Shown here piece after piece: positions 24,501 through 36,333 of a DNA stretch of 64,000 bases. Source of the stretch: Mayamaea pseudoterrestris (Eukaryota); contig BROI01000002.1 in assembly GCA_027923505.1 (NCBI GenBank), positions 1,178,001-1,242,000 of the forward strand. The letters are read 5' to 3'. The position numbers were made by a program, and so were the translations under genes. The notes below the pieces were generated by a model. It worked only from the letters and a program-made list of their open reading frames with translations. It had not been told where the DNA came from and did not search any database. Each line of letters opens with the position of its first letter. Position 1 is the stretch's first letter.

Positions 24501-27500
24501 GTTTGCTACACCACCAGGCTCATTTTCAAATCCAAACTGTTCCATCAATGACGCCCCATCTGTGGGAGTCTCTGTATTTCGCCCTTCTCTGACGCGACGT
24601 TCTGATGCCTCCTCTGCCGTCTCAATCATTGCGCTGCCAGCAAATTTGGTAGTTTGGCCAAAGGCACCGAGTAGCCGACGATTAAGCTCGTCGCTTGTAG
24701 CTTCCACTCCGGCCTTTCCTGCAATCCCTCGACAGGCTGCTAGTCCCAGACAACAGCTTTCCCGCGATAGATGCCGGATCTTCGGATCGGATAGGAGTTG
24801 GATAAAAGCATGCTGAATATCACCGAGCCGTATCAAAAGCTCACATGTCAGCGCACGGCCCATGTATGCATTGTAATCGATATGAAGACCTTTGGCGATG
24901 CGAGCAACAATTGCAAGCAGTGCAGGGGCGCATGCTGTTCGGGTAAATGGACTCGATGCCAATAGATTGCTCTGCAGGAGTACAAACAGTGCGTGCTGAT
25001 AAGAAGGCAGTTGTGACGCTAAAGATGCATCATAACCAGACGGCCAGACACTTTCTGTCGATTGAAGCGAGCTGTCAGCATATACTGAAAGCGCCTCCCC
25101 AGCAACAAGCGCCACCTCCTCGTTCTGTCGAAATGCATTGGAACCCAAGAGATGAAATAAGGCGTCTACGCATTCTAAGCGACCAGTGACACCACCGTAG
25201 AGCGTCGTAGACCCCAGGCATATCCCAGCAGCCTTGGCAAGCTTCAAGACTCGTTTCCAGTGAGCTGCTATCGCCAAATTTTACGAGAGCATTGGCAATA
25301 CTAGACATCACTGAGGCGGCACTGCTTTGTAGGGTGGCAACCGGAGAAGGTGCATCCAATCCATCATACGAAAACGCAATTGACAATGCATCAGAGCATG
25401 CATTACCAATCACTTCGTCAGTGTGAGCAATTCCTGCGCCAAGAAAGATCAAGATTTGAGATATCTTGCTCCAGATGCTTGACTCAGTGACAATTGGATC
25501 AGATACTGCCCTTAGCCGGCATGCACGGACAACATGCCCAGCAAGATATGCGCTTCCGTGCCTTTGCCCAAGCGAGACACTGCTTGTTGATATCAAATCC
25601 AGCTTTTCATTGCACGTCAATAAAACGTTGCCAATTAGACTTTGATCAACCCATACATCAAAGCTCATTTCGCCAGGCAAAACATGATCCCAGAAATTAT
25701 TATCTTCGTATAATTTTCCAACCACCGCGGCGAAGTGTCGCCGGGCACGTGAAGAGTCGCTCTCAATTGACAAAACCAAAAGATCTGCCAAAGTGATGTC
25801 TACTTTGGCACTGAGAATTTGCTTTCTAATGAAGCTAGAAGCTGATACGCCGGCAAGAAGGGCTAATGATGCTTCATCCAGCAGGTCCACCACATGATGT
25901 CCAGTCGCTGTTGGAAACGTTTTAGTGACATATGGTTTCAAAGTAGCACACAGCGTTGTCAGGAATGCGAGCAATGCGCCTTCATCGCCTGCATAAAAAT
26001 CGTTCAAAAGCGCAAGGATGCCGAGTCGCAAGGCCGTCGCCTTTCCTTGCAAGGAAAAATCGGCATAGCGCTGCCGACGATCCAGCGAGCTATTTTTTGG
26101 TGGCGTCTCGGAAAATATAACAGCAATAATTTCGCTAAAGTTTGGAAGTCGAAAATCGTCAGAAGGAGTTGGTATCGAGTCTTGATCCATTTCTAGTAGC
26201 CCAAGCCCCTCCCGTGCCGTTGATGCAGCAGTCGGGTCGACGTCGCCGGCAAGGAAGCAGAGCAAATGACATGCACTTGATAAATCCAACTCCATCAGCA
26301 AATGGCCAGACCAGCGGCTGGCGGCAATACGTGATGCTTTGGGTAAATGAAGTTGCGCGGCTGTCCACAACAAAGGAAGCAATGACCTGGCGAGTGCCAG
26401 CCTGTCGACCTGCATGTTAACTGGATCAGTTGACGGAAGCGTCACCGACTGTGACAATGTCTGCGTTGCCCATGGATTTGCTTCCACCGGAGTACGGGTG
26501 ACATCTGGCGCAACAGCAGCGTAAACCCTAGTGTATGCAGCCAGCAAAGCATCCAAGGCGGCAACGGCGCGATGGCGAAGCTTCTCCTCTTCATTCGCAG
26601 CGCAAGTAAACAAGAGCTTTGCCGTTTTGACCGATACCGTCGTTTTGCCTGACACTTCCATTTCTGCACCGCAATTAAAAACAATGCCTTCCGGAGCTTG
26701 CACCAATTGCGAGCGGCAAAGTGTACAAATGACACCGTAGCATGCGTCGCGCACGGCAATATTGCCTTCATCGACCACGACCGTTCGTTGATTCGGCACT
26801 GTCGGTGGCCGATTCGAAACAACTTCAAGGACGCTGCAAACGATACTCATTGACTTTGCCAAATGTCGACTGATCAGTAGCCTATGCTCGTCCGATAGAG
26901 AATCATAGTATGACGCCAATCGAATTGTGAGAGCGTTCAAGAGTTCCGCTGCCGCAACAAAAGGTCGACCTTTTATTTTCGTCAAGCCAGACACAGACGT
27001 TACATTGACAAGCGTTCGACTGGCCACGAAATTCACCAAAGCCGCAAATGAAACGACGCATGATATGTTGGCATGGTCAAACACGTTTGGCTGATCCTGC
27101 AGTACGCTGGTAGCTACAAATTGAGCAAGCTCTGTCATGGTAGATTCAAATACTGGTCGTCGTTTCGCATTCAATACTTCTTGCATGGAATCTGCCTCAG
27201 TCGGCAGAGCTTGTGCACCAAGCGTAAAAGGAGTAACTATGCCGCCTTCATTAGCCTCAGGTGCTTCGTTGATTGCCGCGTCCGCTTGTTGCTCTCCGAC
27301 ACCCAACGACAACAAATGTGTCGATAATGCCATAACATCGCCCAATCCATGGATCAAGCTCTTGCCCCGAAACGAATCAAAGTACATTTTCGAATAGCCC
27401 TTGGCTTGTTCGGCAACATCCAAGGCTAAATCTCCACTCGCAACTACCAATAAAGCAATTGTCCGCGACAAGTTGAGCGCACTCAAGTCGTCCGCAGAAA

Positions 27501-28452
27501 TACCCTCACCGTCACTTTCCGCCGAGTCATTCAGAAACAAGGCCCACGTTCGACTCGGCGCCACCAAGTCCAGCAATCGCAGCTTGACTTGAGCTCGCCG
27601 GGTTGCAACGGCGAGCCAGTCGCGAGCATGACCCGACACCAAACGCTGCGTAGAGCTGGCGCTCAAACCGTCGGGCGGAATGCTGGAATTGTGGCGCGTG
27701 GGTTGAAAGAGCAATACGTCCAAGAGTAAATCGTAGAGTGATGATGCAATGGTGGAATCGTGTGTTTGCAGCAGCAGCTTGGCTTGGTGCCAAGCGTCGG
27801 AATGAATGGCTTGCTTGGATGAAGCATCGCCACTACTACTGCGGATTGCTGGTTTCTGCCGTTGCTCCTCCTGCTCCACAATTCCTTCCAAACACTTGAG
27901 TAGCAAATGCGCAAACTGATTGGACTGCATGCGCTTGGAGCAACTTGCTTCCAAAAAATACGTGTCGCGCGAAACATGTCCAAACAGAATCAGCAGTGGC
28001 GAAAGGACTTTAGTGTAGTCAGCAACGCGCGGCAAGCCAATCGTCAAAAAGGCCAATGACAAGTTGACGGTGAATGGATCAACATGTGACTTTGGTTTCG
28101 ATTGATCGCTTTCAATGAATAGCATCAATATCGCTTGGCAGGGCAAGACGCAATGCTCGTCGGCCCGCGATCGCTTCATGACGTGCGACAGCATTTGCAC
28201 CAGCGTGGCGTGAATCGCATCGTACTTTTGTTTCAGCAAAGCCATAGACTCGTCATTATTGTTGAGTTTCACGAGAGCCTGATGATTCTCTCCGACTCGA
28301 TGCAGCAATCGAGGTAGAAGCTTGTCCAATATGTCGGGCAGCTTGTCGTCCGTCAGCAGAGCGAGCCGATGCGAAACGCGATCAAGAGCTTTAAGATCAG
28401 TTTGAGCCTGTACAAGTGGGTCATGAGATGTAGGTACGATAGTTTCTGCCAT
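21567..28452 (-). CDS. ECM29: Proteasome adaptor/scaffold ECM29 (HEAT repeats), split by a frameshift near 25250-25280
   Basis: Ecm29-like segments LVPRLLRARFDPN, LWRARCGALGALADII, LDDVRGSVREAG, MSGLEPAALNYL and ERIRLQMAQSSPL; N-terminal LDKLLPRLL. The two overlapping ORFs total about 2300 aa. Confidence 0.85.
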
Positions 28453-28700
28453 GATGAGTCAGTAATCTGTTGTGTTTATGGGCAAGATGCGAGCATCAGC
28501 TTCATTTTGTGTCATTCATGGTCGATCCCAATCCTTCCCGTTCGATCGCAATAGTGTGTCGTAACGGCAACAAAAGATCGTATTCATGATGAATTCATTG
28601 TCGAATAGACCGTTAACCTCGATCCCTAACATTCCAAATTAGCGATCACGTCGAGCTGCCTCCGCGCATTCATTTGCCATGCCACAAACCAGAATTCACC

Positions 28701-31358
28701 ATGGCTGCTACATCTCCAGTCGGCATTGACCTTGGCGGCAACTACACGGTCGGCGCTCATCTTGCCTCTGGCGCGCAGTGTTCCATCCATTCCGTCTTAT
28801 GCAACGGCTATATTTCGCTCGACTACGTGGTCAAGTGCGCTCCGCTTCCACCGGCCCGCAAACCCAAGGCCAAGCCCACCAAGCTTGCCATTGATGCGGC
28901 CTCGCTCAATAAGGAAGCGAATATCTATCCGGGGCCGCTGCGGCCGCTGCAGGGAACGGCCATTCCGCGGTTTGGGTTTGATAACAAGATGGCGCTTGGT
29001 CGATTAGAGATTGATGGTGAGTGTTTATGCAGCGAAATGAGCGAGCGTTCCGAGTTGCCGCCAGTCGTGACAGTAAACGAATGTTTTTTTACCTTGCTAT
29101 GGAGTCGCTTCCTCGTCTCTTGCTCAACTCTCGCATTCTCATTCTCTATTACTACACTTGTCTCATTTACAGGCTTTCGTTTCCTCGTTCTCGAACGCAT
29201 GGACCATGACTTGTTTGATGGCTTGCACAAGATGATGCGTGATCGCACATCCAATGGCTCGATTAACCTTAATCCCATTCTAATGCGCATGCTCGAAATT
29301 ATCAAGGAGATTCATGGAGCGAACCATGTCCTTGTGGATGTCAAGGCGGATAACGTCATGTTCGCCATGGACCAGACCAAGCAGTCGCGAAAGACGCTCC
29401 ACTACGACAATGACGAGCTCGCCCGCCTGCTTCGCTGCGTCGACTTTGGACTCGCGCAACCAATCACTAAATACTCGCCCGCCATTGCTGAGAATCCGCA
29501 GGGAAAGCTTGTCGGAACGCCATTGTACTGCAGTCGCAAGGTGCACGCTGGATTCACGGCGGCGCCTCGGGATGATTTGGAAGCGATTGGCTTGGTTGCT
29601 TGCGATTTGATCATTCGCGTCATGGCCGCCTTGGACGGAACGACGGTCACTTGCAACAAAATGGACGTTCCCAACTTTTTGCCGTGGGCGCACGAAGCGG
29701 GCGATGATGCAATTGGAGCGAAAAAGGTGGCGGAAATGGACAACGAGCAGTCGGACTTTTATGCACTCTTGGGCGCGGCGGGTCCGACCATGTTCAACTA
29801 CTTTGAGGTGACTGGGGCTTTGGAGCACAAGGAGAAACCCGACTATGGCAAGCTCATGGAATTATTGAGTGAAGTGAATGTTGCACCAAGTGCCAGCAAG
29901 GCTGGTGGGCGTAAGACTGCTGCGTCGGCTCGATCGCCTGCTCGCGCGGCAAAGAGTAGCACCAAGAGTCCGGCCAAAAAGCCAAAGCCTTTCGAGTGTC
30001 CTGCTGCTGCCGCTGCTTCGCCCGCTGGTCGTCGTCGCTCGAGTCGTCTTGTCAAGGAGGAAGCTGTGATCTACGTTGACGATGACGACGAAGAAGACGA
30101 GGAAGAGGAGAAGCAAGTGGCGAAACCAGTCGCGTTCCGCGCCAATACTGCATCCAAATCTGGCACAACACCTGTCGTTGTTGTCAAAAGCATTGCCAGC
30201 AACAAGAAGATGCCAGCCAAGCGCGCAACTCGCCAGGTTGACGATGATGACGACGAAGAAGAAGAGGAGGAAAAGCAAATCGCGAAACCAGTCGCGTTCC
30301 GCGTTAATGCTGCATCCAAATCTGGCACAAAACCTGTCGTTGTTGTAAAAAGCATTGCCAGCAACAAGAAGATGCCAGCCAAGCGCACGACTCGCCAGAA
30401 CACCGAGGACGACATGTCATTGGATGACAGTGTTGAAACGGACAATGAATCGCCTGTTGTGCAGACGCTTCGTGTAATTTCTCGCGAAGATTATGAGTCT
30501 ATGCGCAAAACTCACAAGTCTGCCTCAAAGGCCGCCGCCAGCTCCACGGCTAAATCGGCAAGCTATGTCAAGAAGTTGCCTGCCAAGCGCACCACTCGCC
30601 AGGTTGATGAGGACGCCATGGTGCTTGACGATACGGACGACGAAGACATTGATTCGTCTGCCTTGACGACAGTTCCGGCCAAGGATCGCAAGCCTGTTGC
30701 ATCTTCCATGTCAAAGATAGGCGCAAGCACCAAGGGCAAGTCGCCTGTCGCAGCCAAGACCAAGGCTGTTGCGTTTACCGTCCCCAAGACAACTGCTGCT
30801 TCTGCTGCTGCCTCGGCTGGCACTCGCAAGACGGCTCGCACATCGATTCGTGCTACGGCTCGTGTTCAGGTTGGCGTCGATGGTGGGAGCGTAAATGACG
30901 ACACCGACGATTTCGAAGTGAGCAGCATGGACTACATGGACGTTGACTTTGACGATGACGACGACAATGTCGAAAACAATGTTGCGATGGCTAATTCCGC
31001 CAACAGTAATAGTCCAAAGCCTGCCAGCGGCAAGAGTAGTTTGACGGTTTTGGTGACGCAAGGTCCGCACAAGAATTCCAAGTTTGTCTTGTCCAAGTTG
31101 AACGACTCACTCATTATCGGCAATGGCCGCGCCGCCTCCAAGCAGCCAATGTTGGTATTGGACAAGGAGAAGAACATTTCCAGTTGTCACTGCCAGCTTG
31201 CGTTTGACATGAATGGCGAAACTCCTGTCATCTCTTTGACGGCCAAGTCGAATGGAGTCTATGTCGGCCAAAATGTGGCCAAGGTCGGCAGAAGCATGAC
31301 GTTGATGCGCGGAGCCACTTTCAAAATTGGACAGACTGTCATTGAGATTGTAATGTAA
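28701..31358 (+). CDS. CK1/VRK-like protein kinase with low-complexity linker and C-terminal FHA-like domain; intron 29017-29172
   Basis: VVK, RFLVLERM, DVKADN, DFGLA and GTPLYCS...RDDLEAIG (CK1 family, no APE). C-terminal LTVLVTQGPH...IIG...ISSCHC...SNGVYV...FKIGQT matches an FHA pattern. Confidence 0.85.
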   Translation: MAATSPVGIDLGGNYTVGAHLASGAQCSIHSVLCNGYISLDYVVKCAPLPPARKPKAKPTKLAIDAASLNKEANIYPGPLRPLQGTAIPRFGFDNKMALGRLEIDGECLCSEMSERSELPPVVTVNECFFTLLWSRFLVSCSTLAFSFSITTLVSFTGFRFLVLERMDHDLFDGLHKMMRDRTSNGSINLNPILMRMLEIIKEIHGANHVLVDVKADNVMFAMDQTKQSRKTLHYDNDELARLLRCVDFGLAQPITKYSPAIAENPQGKLVGTPLYCSRKVHAGFTAAPRDDLEAIGLVACDLIIRVMAALDGTTVTCNKMDVPNFLPWAHEAGDDAIGAKKVAEMDNEQSDFYALLGAAGPTMFNYFEVTGALEHKEKPDYGKLMELLSEVNVAPSASKAGGRKTAASARSPARAAKSSTKSPAKKPKPFECPAAAAASPAGRRRSSRLVKEEAVIYVDDDDEEDEEEEKQVAKPVAFRANTASKSGTTPVVVVKSIASNKKMPAKRATRQVDDDDDEEEEEEKQIAKPVAFRVNAASKSGTKPVVVVKSIASNKKMPAKRTTRQNTEDDMSLDDSVETDNESPVVQTLRVISREDYESMRKTHKSASKAAASSTAKSASYVKKLPAKRTTRQVDEDAMVLDDTDDEDIDSSALTTVPAKDRKPVASSMSKIGASTKGKSPVAAKTKAVAFTVPKTTAASAAASAGTRKTARTSIRATARVQVGVDGGSVNDDTDDFEVSSMDYMDVDFDDDDDNVENNVAMANSANSNSPKPASGKSSLTVLVTQGPHKNSKFVLSKLNDSLIIGNGRAASKQPMLVLDKEKNISSCHCQLAFDMNGETPVISLTAKSNGVYVGQNVAKVGRSMTLMRGATFKIGQTVIEIVM
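30075..30398 (+). repeat. Intragenic tandem duplication, 2 x 162 bp (54 aa)
   Basis: VDDDD...KPVAFR...KKMPAKR.TRQ repeated at 30075-30236 and 30237-30398. Confidence 0.9.
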
Positions 31359-31761
31359 CGAGAGAGAGACTTCAATGAGCGCTTTTACAGCAGCTCTTGA
31401 ACATGCATATTGATGGAGAGACGGCGAATAAATTGACGATCACTGTGGATCGCAAAATAAAGATAGCGTCTAACGAATTAGCCAAAGATTAATGTAAACA
31501 TGCTTTTCTACTAGGTGAGTGTTTTTGTGCATTACCGTGATGATTCTGGAACCTTGCGAGACCAAACGATAAGCAAAGTCATCATCACATAGCTAGCCGC
31601 ATAACCGTTACGACATACACTTGATTGCCATGCCGCCGCGAAAGCGCGCCACCATGAGTGACAGTCCTCTCACATGCATCTTCACTTTACAGTCTCAACC
31701 ATTTGCTTTTGAAACAAATGAAGACGTACTCGACTCAAACTCTAAAATAATATTTATAGAA

Positions 31762-33501
31762 ATGTCTTCATCTACGAACACCAGAAACATTCCACGCGTC
31801 GCATCCGACGACAGATCCGATCTTTCAACAGCAGCACCGGATCGATCATCTTCTCCACCATCATCAACGACTAATACGCCATGGTGCGCACCTCGGCTTT
31901 GGCTGGCCGTCCTCGTTGGAGTCGCCGTCGGAGGCTCATTGGTGGCTTCCATGCGAGATGCTCGTCAAATTTCCGCCTACTTTTCGGACGCTTCGTCGGA
32001 ACATGATGCCATGCTGTTGGAGCAGCAGCGGCAAATGCACGAAGCGACGCTGCCAAGTAATGTCAAGAAATCAACGATGAATCATGCCGACAATGACCAA
32101 GACAGTCAGGATAGCAGCAACAGAACAAAACCAGAGCAACCAATGAATATCGTCTTTTTCTACGCCGACGACTGGACCATGAAGACACTTGGCTTGCTGA
32201 ATCGCCATGTTCACACGCCAAACATTGACAAAATGGCCAAGCGGGGCATGCTCTTTCGTCGCAACTGCGTCACCACCAGTATTTGCTGGCAGTCGAGGGC
32301 CACCATGATGACTGGCTTGTACGTTTCCGTGCACAAGCAGTTGAGAATCATGGACAACAACATGTTCAACAAGACGGTGCAATGGCCTAATACACTCTAC
32401 CCACAACTCAAAGCCAATGGATATCACGTTGGCTTTATTGGAAAGTGGCATGCCATATACAATTCCGATTTTATGAGCTACACGTTTGACCACTTTAACG
32501 AATACTACGGCGATCACTGGATGGACCGCAACGGCCGGATGCGACACGTGACGGAACTGAATGGCGCCGATGCCTTGCACTACCTGCGCAACGTGAAACC
32601 TCCCAATCAAAAGTTTGCCTTGACAATCTCCTTCTTTGCCACACACGCGGACGACTCCATGCCTTATCCACTCCAATACAATCCCATGCCGTATACGGCT
32701 CATTTGTATGCCAACGCCACCATTCCACTTCCAAAGACTGCCACTGAAAATCACTGGCGCAACCTGCCGTGGTTCTTTTCCGAGTCGAACGAAGGACGAG
32801 CACGGTGGCGGCAGCGCTACGATACGTACGAACACTATCAAACCACCATGAAGCGCTACTACCGCATGGCCACCGAAGTGGATGACGTGGTTGGTGCCAT
32901 CATTCAGGAACTAAAAAAGCAAAATCTCTACAATCACACGTTACTCATATTTACCACGGACAATGGCAATCTACATGGGGAGCATGGGTTGGCGGACAAG
33001 TGGTATCCGCAGCAGGAGTCGATTCAAGTGCCACTCGTGATACAGGATCCGCGCATGCCGCGCCACAAGCGTGGCACCGTCAATGACGACTTTACCTTGA
33101 ACATTGACTTGGCGCCTACCATACTGGCCGCGGCTGGTATTGCGGCTCCCAAGCACATGCAGGGACGTGACGTTGCGCAACTGTATTTGAATGCTCCACA
33201 AGCCAAGGCGAATTGGCGTCAAGACTTTTTCTACGAGTGGTCGCAAGGTCGACCGGAGGATGCAGAAGGTCATGGGTCTATTGATCATATTCCTGCCGTC
33301 TTTGCCTTGGTGCAAAAGGATTACAAGTACTTTTACTGGCCACAAACAAAGTACGAACAAGTCTTCAACATTATGGATGATCCGTTTGAGGAAGTGGACT
33401 TGTTCAATGAAACGTCGCAAACGGATTTGAACAAGCTGACGCAGCTTCGGGCGAGGTATTCGTACCTCAAGACGCTCAGTCAGGGTGGGAGCTACGTGTA
33501 G
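31762..33501 (+). CDS. Formylglycine-dependent (S1) sulfatase, type II membrane anchored, paralog 1
   Basis: FYADDW, TTSICWQSRATMMTG, GKWH, TTDNG and HGLADKW; N-terminal TM helix. Confidence 0.93.
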   Translation: MSSSTNTRNIPRVASDDRSDLSTAAPDRSSSPPSSTTNTPWCAPRLWLAVLVGVAVGGSLVASMRDARQISAYFSDASSEHDAMLLEQQRQMHEATLPSNVKKSTMNHADNDQDSQDSSNRTKPEQPMNIVFFYADDWTMKTLGLLNRHVHTPNIDKMAKRGMLFRRNCVTTSICWQSRATMMTGLYVSVHKQLRIMDNNMFNKTVQWPNTLYPQLKANGYHVGFIGKWHAIYNSDFMSYTFDHFNEYYGDHWMDRNGRMRHVTELNGADALHYLRNVKPPNQKFALTISFFATHADDSMPYPLQYNPMPYTAHLYANATIPLPKTATENHWRNLPWFFSESNEGRARWRQRYDTYEHYQTTMKRYYRMATEVDDVVGAIIQELKKQNLYNHTLLIFTTDNGNLHGEHGLADKWYPQQESIQVPLVIQDPRMPRHKRGTVNDDFTLNIDLAPTILAAAGIAAPKHMQGRDVAQLYLNAPQAKANWRQDFFYEWSQGRPEDAEGHGSIDHIPAVFALVQKDYKYFYWPQTKYEQVFNIMDDPFEEVDLFNETSQTDLNKLTQLRARYSYLKTLSQGGSYV

Positions 33502-34221
33502 CGCATAGATGGCAGCATCACATTGTGCTTTATGTGGGCCGAATTACAGACCGGATCTGATGCGCGAGCGAGGCAATGCATTCGTTCCCCTTGAGTAGCA
33601 CAAGAGCAAGCACCCAGGCCGTTTCAGCAGTTCTTCTATTTCGGCAAGCGTGACAGTGCGAGTTACATTTCAACTCCGCAGTAGCATAAAATAGCTACAA
33701 CGACTAACCCGAGGTTTGAGATGGGCTGCGCGAGAAGACTCACAAACACCAGCTTACAGCTAGCAACGTCATTCGATGATTAACAAATCAACCAGGTTAC
33801 AAATCCGTTATCGTAAAAGTTACTTTATACATGATCGTAGCAGGCTGCTAGTTGCGGATAATGGCTCCCATGGCGCGACGACAGCACCGATGGCCAGCGA
33901 CGTGTATCTCGGTCGCCTATTCAATCTCAAGGTAACGCATCATCATCGGGGACTGCCGCTAATGAAAAAACCACTTGGTCGGAAGATGAGCAGCGTCTGT
34001 TTCTTCTCGGTTAGTACTATAATAGGGCCCAGCGCCAGGAGGTGACCGTCGAGTAAATGAGCGGAAATATGATCCATGTTGCTTTTCGTAAAGACCACCA
34101 GCTGCAATGGTAGTCGTTCGTTGCCGACAATTCATAAAGCATCCTGTCTTGACGATATGTGCTTTATTTAATTTGCAATATGGTCTTTCATCCAAGCACT
34201 TGCACCGACACTCAGTTCGTT

Positions 34222-35955
34222 TCAGACGGGCAGGCCTCCTTGACTGGCAGCCTTCATGAACTCGTATCGCTTCTTCACTTTAGCCATTAGGTTTGGTTCA
34301 CTAAGAGCCAACAATTTGAATACATCATTTTCCTCCCATGGATCCTGCGAAATGTTGAAAAGCTGCTCGTAAGCAGCGGCCGGCCAGTAAAAGTACTTGT
34401 ACTCCTTTCCCACCAAGGCAAAGACGGCGGGTATAGTGTCGTCTCGCCCGTGCCCCGTGGCGTTTTGCGGCTCCCCCTGGTTCCACTCGTAGAAAAAGTC
34501 CTGCCGCCACGTTTTGGTCGCCTCCGTCGCATTCAAATACAATTGACTAATGTCGCGTCCCTGCATAAAGGACGGTGGTTGAATGCCAGCAGCTGTCAAT
34601 AAAGTTGGCGCCAAGTCGACGTTCAACGTAATTTCATTATTCACCGTCCCTCGCAAATGCATTGGCATGCGGGGATCCTCAATCACCAAGGGCACTCTGA
34701 TGGATTCCTCGTGTGGGTACCACTTGTCGGCCAATCCGTGTTCACCATGAAACATGCCATTGTCAGTAGTAAAAACTAGCATGGTCTTTTCGTAAACGTT
34801 TTGCGCTTTCAGTTCATTTATGACTTGTCCAACCACGTCATCCACCTCACTCGCCATGCGGTACAACCGCTTGATGGTGTATTGATGGCGGTCGTAGGTA
34901 TCAAATCGGACGCGCCAGCGGTTGCGGGCCTCGTTGGCCTCGGTGAAGAACCATGGCATGGCGTTCCAGTGCTTTTCCGTGGCCGTTTTTGGCATTGGTA
35001 TTGTTTTGTTTTCGTACAAGTACTCGGTTTGTTGTTGCGGTTCAAATTGCTTCTCAAAGGGCGCACCATCCTGGGCGTGCGTTGCGAAGAATGCAATCGT
35101 CAGTGCAAAGGATTGATTCTGTGGTCGACCGCTACGAAGATACCAAAGGGCATCCTGCGCGTTTTGCTGCGTCACGTGTTGCTTGCCCATGAAGTGATGC
35201 CCAAAGTAAAACTTGAACCAGCTAAAGGCAGCTGCGAATGCATTCTTGTCGTAAGAATTATGGTACTTGCCAACATAACCAACGTGATGGCCATGTGACT
35301 TGAGTAGCGGATACAGTGTTTCATGCCACGGCACCGTTCCATTGTACATGCTCGTCGAGATAATCTTGAGTGCCTGGTGAACGGCCGATGTCATGCCTGT
35401 CATCATGGTGGCTCTCGACTGCCAGCAAATGCTTGTTGTGACCGCGTTGCGTGGGAAAAACATGCCGCGTTTGGCCATGCCGTCAATGTTTGGTGTGTGT
35501 ACGTGTGGATTCACCAAGCCAAGGGTCTTCATGGTCCAGTCGTCGGCGTAAAACAAGACAATGTTGAGTGGTTCATGTTTCTTGTCAACATCTTCCGCTT
35601 TCAATGGTTCACTTTTCGCAAACATTCGTCGCTGCACTTCCTCCATAATGGATCGATTGTTGGCTCTGGAAGGAACCATATCTTCGAAATTGCTCCAATC
35701 GAGCATGCTGCTGCTCGGCGAAAGGGCTTCAAGTGCCTTGAACGAGCGATTGAAGGAGGACAAGGTTCCCAATGTTACAATGAGAGAGATCCATGCTCGT
35801 TTGCTTTGGTGGCTACTGCTGCTTGATGCTGATGCCGACGAAATTTGTTGCTTGGTGGGCGATGTTGAAAACGACTTTATTTCTTGTTCGACTTGCTCCA
35901 TCGGAACAGCATCAGCAGTAGCTGCTGCAACGCCGTTACTCCTGGAAGACGCCAT
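34222..35955 (-). CDS. S1 sulfatase, paralog 2
   Basis: FYADDW, TTSICWQSRATMMTG, GKYH, TTDNG and HGLADKW; N-terminal hydrophobic segment. Confidence 0.93.
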   Translation of the reverse strand: MASSRSNGVAAATADAVPMEQVEQEIKSFSTSPTKQQISSASASSSSSHQSKRAWISLIVTLGTLSSFNRSFKALEALSPSSSMLDWSNFEDMVPSRANNRSIMEEVQRRMFAKSEPLKAEDVDKKHEPLNIVLFYADDWTMKTLGLVNPHVHTPNIDGMAKRGMFFPRNAVTTSICWQSRATMMTGMTSAVHQALKIISTSMYNGTVPWHETLYPLLKSHGHHVGYVGKYHNSYDKNAFAAAFSWFKFYFGHHFMGKQHVTQQNAQDALWYLRSGRPQNQSFALTIAFFATHAQDGAPFEKQFEPQQQTEYLYENKTIPMPKTATEKHWNAMPWFFTEANEARNRWRVRFDTYDRHQYTIKRLYRMASEVDDVVGQVINELKAQNVYEKTMLVFTTDNGMFHGEHGLADKWYPHEESIRVPLVIEDPRMPMHLRGTVNNEITLNVDLAPTLLTAAGIQPPSFMQGRDISQLYLNATEATKTWRQDFFYEWNQGEPQNATGHGRDDTIPAVFALVGKEYKYFYWPAAAYEQLFNISQDPWEENDVFKLLALSEPNLMAKVKKRYEFMKAASQGGLPV

Positions 35956-36333
35956 GTACATTCGAATACGTTTGTCTCCTCTTTCTGCTTCTATAGCATC
36001 CAACGTAAACTTGATGTATTGTACGAAGAAAAGGTGCAACTGTGAGTGTCCGGGTCAAAAGCGCACCTCTCCGCTGGAGTTCGAGTCGTGCAAGAGCTCG
36101 TATTTCATGAAAGGCGTTTGAAAGCGTTATGGAATACGGAGTCGAACAACTTGGCGTCATACGGGACTAATGGTTCACGAACCGTGTCACGCTCGGACGC
36201 ATGGCAACGATCACCGTCCATTCTTTCAAACATTGGATCGAATCAAGCCATCACTTTGGTTTCGACACGATCTTCTGCTCTTGTCACGCAAGTCTTTACA
36301 GTGAAACAAAACAGTCAAACCAATACAACAAAC

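Noticed and set aside
25270..25290. Programmed -1 frameshift at GTA AAA TTT in ECM29
   Set aside because: Not an in-frame X XXY YYZ heptamer, and joining the ORFs needs a +1 rather than -1 shift.
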